Of a DNA stretch of 58,086 nucleotides, positions 1 through 9,292 are shown piece by piece. This DNA comes from Chthonomonas calidirosea (GTDB lineage Bacteria; Armatimonadota; Fimbriimonadia; Fimbriimonadales; Fimbriimonadaceae): NCBI GenBank assembly GCA_945859975.1, contig CAMAPH010000016.1, forward strand, positions 1 through 58,086. Reading direction: 5' to 3'. The notes beneath the pieces were generated by a model. It did no database searches. It was not told the DNA's origin and was given only the letters and a program-made list of their open reading frames with translations. The position numbers and the translations under genes are program-made. Positions within the stretch are counted from its first letter, which is position 1; the number at the start of each line of letters is the position of its first letter.

Positions 1-223
1 GGGCAAATCGATCGTCGTAGTCGTTCTGGTACAGCAACATCGCCAGACCGAGGTTGCGCTCGTTCGACATGCACTGGGTTTGCTTCGCGCTCTGTTTTGC
101 CTGAGCGAATACGGGGAACAGAATCGCGGCAAGAATTGCGATGATGGCAATGACGACGAGGAGTTCGATCAAAGTAAACGCCCCGGATCGCTTGATCCGA
201 GGCGTTGGGGCGCGGAGTATCAC
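1..223 (-). CDS. Prepilin-type N-terminal cleavage/methylation domain protein (DUF1559-like), truncated at window edge
   Basis: Manual translation from GTG at 223: [73 protein letters not shown]. Type IV pilin-like N-terminal motif followed by the C-x-SN-x-R/K-x-LGLA-x3-Y-x2-DYD signature. Not in the supplied ORF track. Confidence 0.9.
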   Translation of the reverse strand, partial: MILRAPTPRIKRSGAFTLIELLVVIAIIAILAAILFPVFAQAKQSAKQTQCMSNERNLGLAMLLYQNDYDDRFA

Positions 224-226
224 TTC

Positions 227-1234
227 TTAATAGACGCTGTCTGGGAAGTAGTAGTTCTTCGCGTTCTCAGGAGTCACGAGTTCAACGTCAAGCAAGATGT
301 GCTTGGGCATGAACTGGCTTCTTTCCTTCGCCTTTCCGTCTCGAAGTGAGGCGGCGGCAAGGTGCATTCCAACCGCGATCATCGACGGTGGGTAAGTGAT
401 GTCGGCAGGGAAGAGAGGATCCTTGTCCATCACTCGCTTGATAACGTCCTTCATGCCGGCTCCGCCGAGCATCCAAACGTTCTTGCGGTTGGCTTCCTTA
501 AGTGCCTGCTCGGCGCCGAGGGCCATGTCGTCATCGCTCGCCCAAATCGCGTCGATCTCGGCGTGCTTGAGCAGCATGCTTTGCGTGACGTTGAGCGCCT
601 TTTCTTTGCTCCAGTTTCCGGCCTGAGAGTCCAGAATGCTGATCCCCGGGAATCGCTTCATGACTTCTCGGAATCCGGCAACTCGGTCGCTATTAACCGT
701 GCTCGGGATGCCTTCGAGGATAACGATTTTGCCCTTGCCGCCAAGCTTTTCCGCCATGAATTCGGCAGACTTTCGGCCGAAGGCCTTGTTGTCGCCTTCG
801 ACAAAAATGTCGGCGACTGGTTCGGTGAAGCCGCGGTCAACGTTCACAAGGAAGATGCCTTTCTCGTGGATCTGCTTTGCAACCGGGGTGAGCGGTGCAG
901 ATTCGGTGGCCAGAACGACCATTCCATCCAGTCCTTCAAGCATCATCGTTTCGAGATCCTTGATCTGCTTGTCTGGGTTCTGTGCGGTCGTGATCTTCCA
1001 CTCGACGTCTGGGTAGAGCGCCTTGGCTTGCTCAGCCCAGTAGCCAACGCCCGCCGTCCAGCCGTGGTCGGCCGCCGGGATCGAAACTCCGATCTTCAAC
1101 TTCTTGCCGGTGGTTGCCGCTGGAGCTTCCGTTCCGCCGGTCGAAGAAGCCGCGTCTTTGGTTGCCGTTGGGGTGCACCCGAAAAGCGCACCGAGGAGGC
1201 CGGCTGCCGCAAGAATTTTTGTTGTTAACTTCAT
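227..1234 (-). CDS. Sugar ABC transporter substrate-binding lipoprotein (RbsB-like)
   Basis: Lipobox LFGC; periplasmic binding protein type I motifs (IGVSIP, NVDR, DN..FGR, DR..GF, AIWASDDDMALGA); in an operon with a permease and an ATPase. Confidence 0.9.
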   Translation of the reverse strand: MKLTTKILAAAGLLGALFGCTPTATKDAASSTGGTEAPAATTGKKLKIGVSIPAADHGWTAGVGYWAEQAKALYPDVEWKITTAQNPDKQIKDLETMMLEGLDGMVVLATESAPLTPVAKQIHEKGIFLVNVDRGFTEPVADIFVEGDNKAFGRKSAEFMAEKLGGKGKIVILEGIPSTVNSDRVAGFREVMKRFPGISILDSQAGNWSKEKALNVTQSMLLKHAEIDAIWASDDDMALGAEQALKEANRKNVWMLGGAGMKDVIKRVMDKDPLFPADITYPPSMIAVGMHLAAASLRDGKAKERSQFMPKHILLDVELVTPENAKNYYFPDSVY

Positions 1235-1245
1235 AGTTAGTTCCT

Positions 1246-2247
1246 TTAGTCGCTTCGACCGCGCTGAATGAGCACGGCAAGCAAGATGATAACTCCCTTC
1301 ACGAATCCTTGCCAGTAGACGGACACGTCGGAGGCAGTAAGAATGTTCGTGATGATCCCGAGCATCAGGACGCCGAACACCGTTCCGGTGATTCGAGCGT
1401 AGCCTCCGCTCATGCGCGCGCCGCCGATGACAACTGCGGCGATCGCGTCCAGTTCAGCGTTGTTGCCCAGCTGTCCCGAGGTGACGCTGTTCATTCGCGA
1501 GCTCACGCACAGGGAAGCAATTCCCGCGCAGAGCCCGACGATGATGTAGGTCCAGAGCTTGATTCGGTTGGTGTTGATGGCCGAGTATTTCGCTGCCTGC
1601 TCGTTCGCGCCAACGGCAATGCAATAGCGGCCAAAGGGCGTTCGGTTAAGAACAAATCCAACTGCCGCCGCCATCACGAAGAAGATGAAAACCGGCCACT
1701 GAATGACCAGGGGCGTGGTGATCCAAAAGGGCAGGGCTGGGATGGTAACGCCGTCCTGGCCGAGCGCAGCGAAGGTGCTTCCAACGGCTCGCACTTCGCC
1801 ACCATCGGCAAACGCTTGCGCCATCGAACGGAAGCCGACGAGTCCGGCCAAGGTCACGATGAACGGGGCAATTTTGCCGCTGGTGACCAACAAGCCGTTT
1901 ATGAGTCCGGCGATCCCGCCAATGGCGATACAGCTTGCCGCTGCGACCCAGATTCCTTTGGGATCTGAGGCGTTGGTACCAAGTGCCTGGTTCATCCACT
2001 GAACGCCGAGGACTCCGGCAAGGGCCATAAGCGAGCCAACGCTCAGGTCGATCCCGCCCGCAACGATCACCAGGGTCATTCCGAGGGCCAGAATGCCAAT
2101 GCTGGCGTTCTGGTTCAGGATATTGCGGATCGATTCTGGCTGGAGAAAGATTCCCGGCTTCCAGAGCGCGCTACCGATAAACAGGATGAGGAAGGCGAAC
2201 AACGCGCCGTTGCGCTCAACCGTGGATTTCATGGACTGGGTGTTCAT
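1246..2247 (-). CDS. Sugar ABC transporter permease (RbsC-like)
   Basis: GGIDLSVGS, PFIVTL, T.FGR..AVG.NE.AA, ELDAIAAVVIGG motifs of the BPD_transp_2 family. Confidence 0.93.
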   Translation of the reverse strand: MNTQSMKSTVERNGALFAFLILFIGSALWKPGIFLQPESIRNILNQNASIGILALGMTLVIVAGGIDLSVGSLMALAGVLGVQWMNQALGTNASDPKGIWVAAASCIAIGGIAGLINGLLVTSGKIAPFIVTLAGLVGFRSMAQAFADGGEVRAVGSTFAALGQDGVTIPALPFWITTPLVIQWPVFIFFVMAAAVGFVLNRTPFGRYCIAVGANEQAAKYSAINTNRIKLWTYIIVGLCAGIASLCVSSRMNSVTSGQLGNNAELDAIAAVVIGGARMSGGYARITGTVFGVLMLGIITNILTASDVSVYWQGFVKGVIILLAVLIQRGRSD

Positions 2248-2248
2248 G

Positions 2249-3730
2249 TTAGGCTTGCTTCTCCAGCCCTGCGGCGGAGGTCATGATCGTTTTTTCGTTG
2301 AGCTGATCGCCGGCTAATTCGGCTTCACACGTGCCATTTCGGAGCACAAGAACGCGATGGCAAAGGCCAATGACTTCCGGCAATTCGCTGGAAACCAGAA
2401 TTACCGCGAGACCCTGCTTTGCAAGATCGACGATGAGGTTATAGATCTCTCGCTTCGCCCCAACGTCGACGCCGCGCGTAGGTTCGTCGAAGATAACAAC
2501 CTTCGGATCGCACTGGAGCCACTTGGCGATGGCGACCTTTTGCTGGTTGCCGCCGCTTAGCGATTTCACCGGAGCGTGAATGTTTGAAGTCTTGATCCCG
2601 AGCTTTTCGACCCAACCATTGGCGATCGAATCAACCTGGGTGTCGTTGACGCGGAAGCGGTTGGCGTCGGCCAAAGTCGGCAGGCTGGCATTCTCCGAGA
2701 TCGCAAGGGTGAGATGCAGTCCGCGACCTTTCCGGTCTTCGCTCACATAAACCAAGCCGCGCTTTCGACGGTCGCTTGGCGATAGTTTTTCAATCGCTTC
2801 GCCAGCAAGTTTCACCTTCCCAGTCGATTTCCGGAAGCCCGCGAGCGCCTCAGAGATTTCGGTTCTTCCCGCACCGATGAGGCCCGCCATGCCTAGGATT
2901 TCGCCTGAGCGGAGTTGAAAACTGACTGGCTGATGGTGAGGCGTTGTGCTGAGGTTTGTAACCTCCAGAACGACTTCGTCCGACGTTCTCGCTCCCAGCG
3001 GAGGGAAGACTTCGCCGAGCTCGCGTCCCACCATGCTCTCAGCCAAAATTTGTGGCGTTGAAGTTTTGGGGTCAAGCTCCCCGACAAACTCACCGTCTCG
3101 CAAAACCGAGATGCGGTCCGAAATCTCCAGAATTTCTGGCAGCAAGTGGGATATGTAGACCACGGAAACGTTGCGAGACTTGAGGTCGCGGATCAAAGCA
3201 AAGAGACTTCGAACCTCCGGTCCCGTAAGCACCGCGGTCGGCTCGTCCATGATCAAATACTTCGCGTCATAGCTGATCGCCTTGGCGATTTCCACCAGTT
3301 GCTTGTCGGCAATGCTGAGTCCCCGAACGCTCGTGTCCGGCCCAAACTTAGCGTTGACTTTTTCGAGCAAGCCAGCACACTCTGTGCGCATCTTGGCGTA
3401 GTCGATCGCTAGGCCCTTTCGTGGTTCGCGACCTAGGAAGACATTTTCGGCTACCGATAAGTCATCGACCAGATTTAGCTCTTGGTGGATCATTACGATC
3501 CCGCGGTCGATGGCGGATTGCACGCCCTTCAGGTTCACCGCGGTGCCATCGAGGCGGACTTCACCAACGGTGGGCTGCTCTAGTCCGCTGAGCAATTTCA
3601 TCAGCGTGCTCTTGCCCGCGCCGTTTTCACCGATGAGGCCGTGGACCTCTCCCGGACGGAATTGAAGGCTCACGCCGCGAAGGGCGATGACCGTGCCAAA
3701 CTCCTTGCGTACACCGACGACGTCAAGCAT
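2249..3730 (-). CDS. Sugar ABC transporter ATP-binding protein (RbsA-like, two ABC domains)
   Basis: Walker A GENGAGKST, IMDEPT, LSGGNQQKV, FDEPTRGVDVGAK; start placed at MLDVVGVRKEF. Confidence 0.93.
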   Translation of the reverse strand: MLDVVGVRKEFGTVIALRGVSLQFRPGEVHGLIGENGAGKSTLMKLLSGLEQPTVGEVRLDGTAVNLKGVQSAIDRGIVMIHQELNLVDDLSVAENVFLGREPRKGLAIDYAKMRTECAGLLEKVNAKFGPDTSVRGLSIADKQLVEIAKAISYDAKYLIMDEPTAVLTGPEVRSLFALIRDLKSRNVSVVYISHLLPEILEISDRISVLRDGEFVGELDPKTSTPQILAESMVGRELGEVFPPLGARTSDEVVLEVTNLSTTPHHQPVSFQLRSGEILGMAGLIGAGRTEISEALAGFRKSTGKVKLAGEAIEKLSPSDRRKRGLVYVSEDRKGRGLHLTLAISENASLPTLADANRFRVNDTQVDSIANGWVEKLGIKTSNIHAPVKSLSGGNQQKVAIAKWLQCDPKVVIFDEPTRGVDVGAKREIYNLIVDLAKQGLAVILVSSELPEVIGLCHRVLVLRNGTCEAELAGDQLNEKTIMTSAAGLEKQA

Positions 3731-3780
3731 TCCCGTGATGTTGGCGAATTCGGGGACAAAATTGCTAAGGGATCGGAACA

Positions 3781-4437
3781 ATGAACGTCCTGATTTTTAC
3801 TAAAACCACTGGCTATCGCCACTCCAGCATCGAATTCGCCGTAGCCCGTTTGGTTGAAGAACTCGGAGACCTCGGCATTAACGCCGATCACACCGAGGAC
3901 GAACAGACCTTCCGTCCCGACTCGCTGTCCAAATACGAAGGCGTCGTTTGGCTCAACACCACCGGAGAAGTCCTCGATGACGAAGGTAGGGCCGCTTACG
4001 AGGCATTCGTCCGAGCGGGCGGTGCCTGGATCGGCGTGCATGGCGCAACCATCACCGAGCCGAACTGGCCGTTCTATCAGGAACTCTCGGGTGCCTACTT
4101 TGCCGGCCATCCAGAAGGGGAGCACGAGGCCACCGTTCAGATCGAAATCCTAAGTCATCCAACGATGGCGGGAATTCCATTCCTTTGGAAGTTCAAAGAC
4201 GAATGGTACGACTTCGTCGAAAACCCACGGTCTAAAAAGGTCACGGTTCTGGCAACCGTGGATGAAAAATCGTATCCCGGCGGCGGCATGGGCGAAGATC
4301 ACCCCATCATCTGGTGCCACGAAAAGTTCAGCGGCAAGGCCTGGTACACGGGTCTGGGCCACCTAGCGGAAGCCTACGAGGATGAGTTCTTCATGAACCA
4401 TCTCATCCTAGGCATCCGCTGGGCTATCAACGTTTGA
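3781..4437 (+). CDS. ThuA-domain (class I glutamine amidotransferase-like) protein
   Basis: LIFTKTTGYRHSSI, LNTTGEVL, GGAWIGVHGA, DEWY, DHPIIWC, WYTGLGH, GIRWA. Confidence 0.85.
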   Translation: MNVLIFTKTTGYRHSSIEFAVARLVEELGDLGINADHTEDEQTFRPDSLSKYEGVVWLNTTGEVLDDEGRAAYEAFVRAGGAWIGVHGATITEPNWPFYQELSGAYFAGHPEGEHEATVQIEILSHPTMAGIPFLWKFKDEWYDFVENPRSKKVTVLATVDEKSYPGGGMGEDHPIIWCHEKFSGKAWYTGLGHLAEAYEDEFFMNHLILGIRWAINV

Positions 4438-4443
4438 GCCGTC

Positions 4444-5712
4444 CTAGTTGGCTACGCTGCCCTTGACGACCACCGTCGGGGTGTTAATGCTGAACTCTTT
4501 GCCGTCGATGCGATACCGCGCTTCGGCAAAGACCGCCACGTTTTCGCTTGGCATGAGATCTTTTCGCGGCTCAAACGTCGCAGAAGTCGCACCCGGCTCC
4601 AGCATCGTGGGCCGCGCACGGTAGACGCGCTGTCGGAAGTCGGTCGTGACGCTCACAGCGGTCCAGAACTTCAGGCCAACAAGATTCTGCGGCTCAAATC
4701 GAACGGTGTACGCGTCCTTGCGCAGGTCGTAGGTTCCAGACGGATTGACCGGAAGGCTCTTGCCTTTCGCGATGGCGCGTGCCATGGCACTGACAGACTC
4801 GATGGCCTGAACCTTGTTTCCGAGACTGTGGCCCGCGTTTGGCATGGTCACGAGCCACTTCGGCTGCTTGAGCTCGTTCCAGTAGTAGCTCGTCGCATCC
4901 GCGGCCCAGTAAGCGTCATTCGCGCCATTCACGATCATCGTGGGGACTTTTATGTTGCCCCGGTATTCGAACGGGTCCACCATCTTTTGCAGGCGCTGAC
5001 CTTCCTTGGTCGCGAGCTTTTGCTGAAGGCCGCGACGAGTGTAGTCCTCGATCTGCTCGCTGTAGGCGCCCCAATGCTCGAGCTGGTGCGACATTTGCGG
5101 GGTGAAGTTCAGGTTGTCGAACACAAGCGGGGCGATGCCGACCACGCGCTTGTCGCGGGTTGCGGCGGTCAGCCAGGTGGTCCAACCGCGCTTGCTCGCT
5201 CCGGTAACAATGAACTTGGTGACCGGGTGCCCCGTCTTGGAGGCGAAGTCCTGGATCGCGTCCATCGCCTTGATTGCTGACTTCGTCATCGGGAACAGGA
5301 GCGGCCAAGTTGGGTCCTTCGTTTCCAAATACTTGTTGAAGGTGTGGGCGATCAGGTCATCCTCCTTCATATCCCACAGCGGTTGGTTTGGAATATTGAA
5401 GAGCATATAAACGGGAAGCTGAGTCGCGCCGGAGATCAAACCCAAGTCGATGTTGTCTCCTGGACGAGGGCCGTCGCCCGTGATGAACAGGATCGCCGTG
5501 TCCGTTGGCATGTCCTTTGAGCCAGCTTGATAGAGCACGTTGTGCTTCCAGGTGGTTCCTTGCCACACTTGTGAGGTGACCTCGAGCTGCGTTCGAGGAC
5601 CGGAAGTGTCCACAACTCGGTAGGAATAAGCGGGTTCGGGCCTTTGAATGTACGCCTCAAGGGGCGAAATCGCGGGCGCAAAGAGCACAAGTGTCACGCA
5701 TGAACTCAGCAT
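4444..5712 (-). CDS. PqaA-like (PhoPQ-activated pathogenicity-related family) alpha/beta hydrolase
   Basis: TSQVW, IPNQPL, EDDLIA, WPLLFPMTKSA, GASKRGWTTW, VDP, PNAGH motifs; start placed at MLSSCV with TACAAT 8 nt upstream. Confidence 0.85.
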   Translation of the reverse strand: MLSSCVTLVLFAPAISPLEAYIQRPEPAYSYRVVDTSGPRTQLEVTSQVWQGTTWKHNVLYQAGSKDMPTDTAILFITGDGPRPGDNIDLGLISGATQLPVYMLFNIPNQPLWDMKEDDLIAHTFNKYLETKDPTWPLLFPMTKSAIKAMDAIQDFASKTGHPVTKFIVTGASKRGWTTWLTAATRDKRVVGIAPLVFDNLNFTPQMSHQLEHWGAYSEQIEDYTRRGLQQKLATKEGQRLQKMVDPFEYRGNIKVPTMIVNGANDAYWAADATSYYWNELKQPKWLVTMPNAGHSLGNKVQAIESVSAMARAIAKGKSLPVNPSGTYDLRKDAYTVRFEPQNLVGLKFWTAVSVTTDFRQRVYRARPTMLEPGATSATFEPRKDLMPSENVAVFAEARYRIDGKEFSINTPTVVVKGSVAN

Positions 5713-5769
5713 CGAACGGGATTGTACGCGCGTCCCGTCATTAAAAAGGTTAAGAAATGGCCAGGAAGG

Positions 5770-5798
5770 TTGACAACCAACGGCCATTATGAAAGAAT
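5770..5798 (+). promoter_or_regulatory. Putative sigma70 promoter (TTGACA-N17-AAGAAT, TG extension)
   Basis: Perfect -35 TTGACA at 5770-5775, 17-nt spacer, TGnAAGAAT, upstream of the gene at 5840. Confidence 0.5.
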
Positions 5799-5839
5799 GT
5801 AGACGCCACCTTGGGGGGTGGTTGTTGAGGGAAAACCAA

Positions 5840-7252
5840 ATGAACTTTTGGAACACAAAGAGTATTAGTGTAACTGCGGTAGCCGCCGCGCTGGCGACTT
5901 CGGCGATTGCGGTGCCACTGGACGCAAAGATCACCATCGATCGAGCGTTGGGGAACTCGACCCTAACCATCAAGTATTCGGGCGCATCGGCAAACTTGGC
6001 CGAACTTCGCTTGAACGGTGAAAGCCTCGGCACCAGAACGCTGGCCTCCGACAAATCGGCCGGCGAAACCAATTTCACGCTCAATCCTGCCGACCTTAAG
6101 GATGGAGAGAACACCGTCGAAGTCCGACTCTTCGACCGCACTGGCCGAACCGTAGGCGTTCAGAAGCAAATCATCCTTGCTGAGCAAAGCAGCGGTAGCG
6201 CCGTTTTCATGGCCAAGCCAAAGCTCGGACAGACCGTTCTCGGCATCGTTGAAGTTCAAATTGGATTCAACGCGTCCCTCAAGAACACCTACGTCAGCTA
6301 CTTCGTGGATGGTCAATTCAAGGGAATGACCAACTACCCACCGTACAGCCTTAACTGGGACACGTCGAAGGAAACCAATGGCTGGCACGAAGTGGAAGCT
6401 TGGGCCGTCGATGAGTCAAGCAACACCTACAAGACTCGAAAAGTCCGACTCTTCGTCAACAACCCAAGTGGTCAAACCGACCGAACGGGCGTCGAAGAAG
6501 CAACCCCGGTTGCAAACGGCGTTTCTGGCTCCACTTTCGTGGTTGCTCCTAGCGGAATGAAGTCCGTCAAGCTCGGCCGACCAACCGTCGCCGGTGCGTT
6601 GACCGCAGGCGTTACGCCAAAGACCACGATGGCCGCCGCAAAGTCCGGCGCTTCGGCAAAACCAACTGCCGTTCCAAAGGCTGTTGTAGCTGGTCCAAAG
6701 CTCATGGTTCCAACTGGAACGCGAGTTGCGGCCGCTAAGCCGCTTGTTAAAAAGTCGACAAGGCAGATCGTTAACCTTGGCGCAGTCAAGACTGCCACGG
6801 TTGCCGGAAGCAACGCTTCGGTCAACGCTGCCGTCGGCGCAATGCGAACCGCAGCAACCCTCGCGATAAGCAAGGGAACGCGACTTCCAAACGTCGGCAC
6901 TTTCGCGGTTGCCCTCAACTCGAAGTTCGTGAACTTCGATGTGGCTCCACGAGTCGAGAATGGAATCCCAATGACTCCCTTCCGCCACTTGTTCGAAGCG
7001 GCAGGCGGCAAGGTCAAGTGGGAGAACCTCACGAAGTCGGTCACGGCTTCGGCAGACGGAAGCCAGATCATGATCTTGATCGGCGATCCAAACGCTAAGG
7101 TCAACGAACTCTCGATCAAGATGGAAGCGATTCCTTACCTTGAGCGAGGCCGAACGATCATCCCAGTGAGCTTCCTCCGAGACGCTCTGAAGGTCGAAGT
7201 CGAGTACGACAAGGCCACCAACCACGTTCTCATCACCACGAAGAAGAACTAA
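5840..7252 (+). CDS. Secreted protein with bacterial Ig-like domains and a C-terminal copper amine oxidase N-terminal-like domain
   Basis: Signal peptide; PPYSLNWDTSKETNGWHEVEA (Big_7-like); Ala/Lys/Pro linker; FDVAPRVENG.PMTPFR..FEA.GGKVKW ... PYLERGRTIIPV.FL..AL...VEYD. Confidence 0.75.
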   Translation: MNFWNTKSISVTAVAAALATSAIAVPLDAKITIDRALGNSTLTIKYSGASANLAELRLNGESLGTRTLASDKSAGETNFTLNPADLKDGENTVEVRLFDRTGRTVGVQKQIILAEQSSGSAVFMAKPKLGQTVLGIVEVQIGFNASLKNTYVSYFVDGQFKGMTNYPPYSLNWDTSKETNGWHEVEAWAVDESSNTYKTRKVRLFVNNPSGQTDRTGVEEATPVANGVSGSTFVVAPSGMKSVKLGRPTVAGALTAGVTPKTTMAAAKSGASAKPTAVPKAVVAGPKLMVPTGTRVAAAKPLVKKSTRQIVNLGAVKTATVAGSNASVNAAVGAMRTAATLAISKGTRLPNVGTFAVALNSKFVNFDVAPRVENGIPMTPFRHLFEAAGGKVKWENLTKSVTASADGSQIMILIGDPNAKVNELSIKMEAIPYLERGRTIIPVSFLRDALKVEVEYDKATNHVLITTKKN

Positions 7253-7264
7253 GAAGGGAAAATG

Positions 7265-7296
7265 GCCCCGGCTCGATAAACGAGCCGGGGCTTTTT
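7265..7296 (+). terminator. Intrinsic terminator between convergent genes, probably bidirectional
   Basis: GCCCCGGCTCG-ATAAA-CGAGCCGGGGC 11-bp stem followed by TTTTT. Confidence 0.85.
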
Positions 7297-8126
7297 CATG
7301 CCTGAAGCTTCGAGATGGCCAGGGCCAGCCCCGCTGGAAACGCAGACTGCGTCAGTGGTAAGCGAACGGCGTCGCTGCCAATCACTCCTATCGACTTAAG
7401 AATGGCTTTGTGGGCCATCGGCTGCCCGCTTGCGCGGACTTGGTCTAGGATGTCGGCAATCAACGCGCTGGCGGCACTCCCGCCGGGCTGTGTGGCCCTG
7501 GAGAGCCAAAGAGGAAGCACATTCGCGGCGCCGCTGATGCTACCGCGCCAGCCTTGCGCCAAGGCCTCAGGAATCAGGCGCTCATCCCCAACAAAAAGCG
7601 AGCCACTTGGTAAGGCTTGTCGGTAGCTCTCGAGATTGCCCTTTTCGCCACTGCTGTCTTTCAAACCAACGATGTTGTCAACCTTCGCCAGTTCGGCTAC
7701 CAATTCAGCAGAAAGCGTGATTCCGGTCCGTTTCGGGAAGTTGTAGAGCAAAATCGGCGAGCTCGTCCGTTTCGCAAGTGCCTCAAACCAAAGCTGAATG
7801 TTCGCTTCGGGCACCTCGCGAAAGTACGCGGGAGGCATGACCAACACTCCAACGGCACCGGCTTTCCGCGCTTGCTCGCTGAGCCATACCGCTTCTTCTA
7901 GGCTCGGGGTCGCGATGCCGAGGATGATTGGTAGGTCGGTCAACCTCACGGCCTCGCGAACGAGATCCCGCTTCTCAACGGCGCTGAGCGATGGTCCTTC
8001 GCCGTTTGTCCCTGCCAGCACCACGCCGGTGCATTCGTTCGCCTTGAACCAGCTCAGCAGCTTCAGCAAGCTAACGTAGTCAATCTCTCCCGATTCGGTA
8101 AACGGAGTTACTGCCGCTGGATACAA
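7296..8126 (-). CDS. Dihydrodipicolinate synthase / N-acetylneuraminate lyase family protein
   Basis: PAAVTPF, GTNGEG, PPAYF, LYNFPKRTG, Schiff-base lysine in GLKDSSG. Confidence 0.85.
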   Translation of the reverse strand: MYPAAVTPFTESGEIDYVSLLKLLSWFKANECTGVVLAGTNGEGPSLSAVEKRDLVREAVRLTDLPIILGIATPSLEEAVWLSEQARKAGAVGVLVMPPAYFREVPEANIQLWFEALAKRTSSPILLYNFPKRTGITLSAELVAELAKVDNIVGLKDSSGEKGNLESYRQALPSGSLFVGDERLIPEALAQGWRGSISGAANVLPLWLSRATQPGGSAASALIADILDQVRASGQPMAHKAILKSIGVIGSDAVRLPLTQSAFPAGLALAISKLQA

Positions 8127-8134
8127 CCCGGGTT

Positions 8135-9292
8135 TTACGATGGAACCACGACTCCGCGAACTTCGCCAAGGCTGATGAAGTGACCATCTTTGCTTCCGTA
8201 GCCCCGAAGCACAACCTCGTCGCCGTCCTGCAAAAACGTCCGAGTTTGGTCTCCGACCGCAATTGGCTGACTGCCGCGCACCGTGAGCTCAAGAAGCGAG
8301 CCGAACGTGCCGGGCTCGGTGCCGCTGATAGTCCCGGTCGCATAGAGATCGCCGGATTCCAAAGCCGTGCCGTTGGATGACTGGTGGGCAAACTGCTGGG
8401 CGAAGCTCCAATAGAGTTCGGCGCTTGTGGTTCGGCAAACGACGTGCTCGACGCCGTCCACAACCAGAGCAACCTCCAGTTTCAGATCGTAATGCTGCGG
8501 GCCATCGATGGTGAGGTGCGGCAGAACGGCAGGCTCTTGTGCCGGACCTTGAATTCGAAACGGTTCCAAGGCATCGAGAGTCACCAGCCAAGGTGAGATG
8601 CTCGTGGCAAAAGACTTCGCCAAGAATGGCCCGAGCGGTTGATACTCGAACCGCTGCACATCACGGGAAGACCAATCGTTGACCAGTACCACTCCGGCGA
8701 TGCTCGAGTCCGCTTCGGAAATCGGGACGACCTCACCCAGAGCAGTGGAACGGCCAACGTAGAACCCAAGTTCAAGTTCGAAATCCAGTTCCTGAGTCGG
8801 GCCGAAAATCGGCGGCACCTCGCCTGCCGGTTTGGTGATGCCGTTTGGTCGAGTAATGGCCGTGCCTGATGGAACCACGGTGGAAGCTCGGCCGTTGTAG
8901 GCGACCGGAAGGTGTCGGTAGTTCGGCAGAAGCGGCGGCATGTCTGGCCGGAACATGCGCCCGACGTTGCTCGCGTGATTGATGCCGCTGTAGAAATCGG
9001 CAAAGGCCTTGACGGGCATGGGGGTCAACAGCTCAAGCTCGGCGATTGGAAGCAACTGTCTCGGTTCTTCCAGATATGCACGGGCTGCGCTTCGAGCGGC
9101 CCGAACTTGTGCGGTCGTGAGCGGTACAAGCGGGTCCAGCCACTCTAGAATTCCCGCGCTCGAAAGGTCATCGGTCGCGATGGCGTGATCCTCGATGCGG
9201 ATAACGTAGCCGTGGTTCAGGCATCGCCCGAGGGGCAAGTTGTCGAGTCCGAATCCCTCGGTGCCCGGTTGCAGCCAATTTGGGTGTCTCAT
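8135..9292 (-). CDS. fahA: Fumarylacetoacetase
   Basis: NLPLG, DFYSGINHASNVG, LPVAYNGRASTVV, LDFELELG, NDWSSRDVQRFEYQPLGPFLAKSF, GTISG, GSLLEL; ATGA overlap with the upstream gene. Confidence 0.9.
   Translation of the reverse strand: MRHPNWLQPGTEGFGLDNLPLGRCLNHGYVIRIEDHAIATDDLSSAGILEWLDPLVPLTTAQVRAARSAARAYLEEPRQLLPIAELELLTPMPVKAFADFYSGINHASNVGRMFRPDMPPLLPNYRHLPVAYNGRASTVVPSGTAITRPNGITKPAGEVPPIFGPTQELDFELELGFYVGRSTALGEVVPISEADSSIAGVVLVNDWSSRDVQRFEYQPLGPFLAKSFATSISPWLVTLDALEPFRIQGPAQEPAVLPHLTIDGPQHYDLKLEVALVVDGVEHVVCRTTSAELYWSFAQQFAHQSSNGTALESGDLYATGTISGTEPGTFGSLLELTVRGSQPIAVGDQTRTFLQDGDEVVLRGYGSKDGHFISLGEVRGVVVPS

Noticed and set aside
5713..6141. N-terminal extension of the PqaA ORF in the ORF track
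   Set aside because: Overlaps the divergent gene and its promoter; the family signature and a -10 box point to a start at 5712
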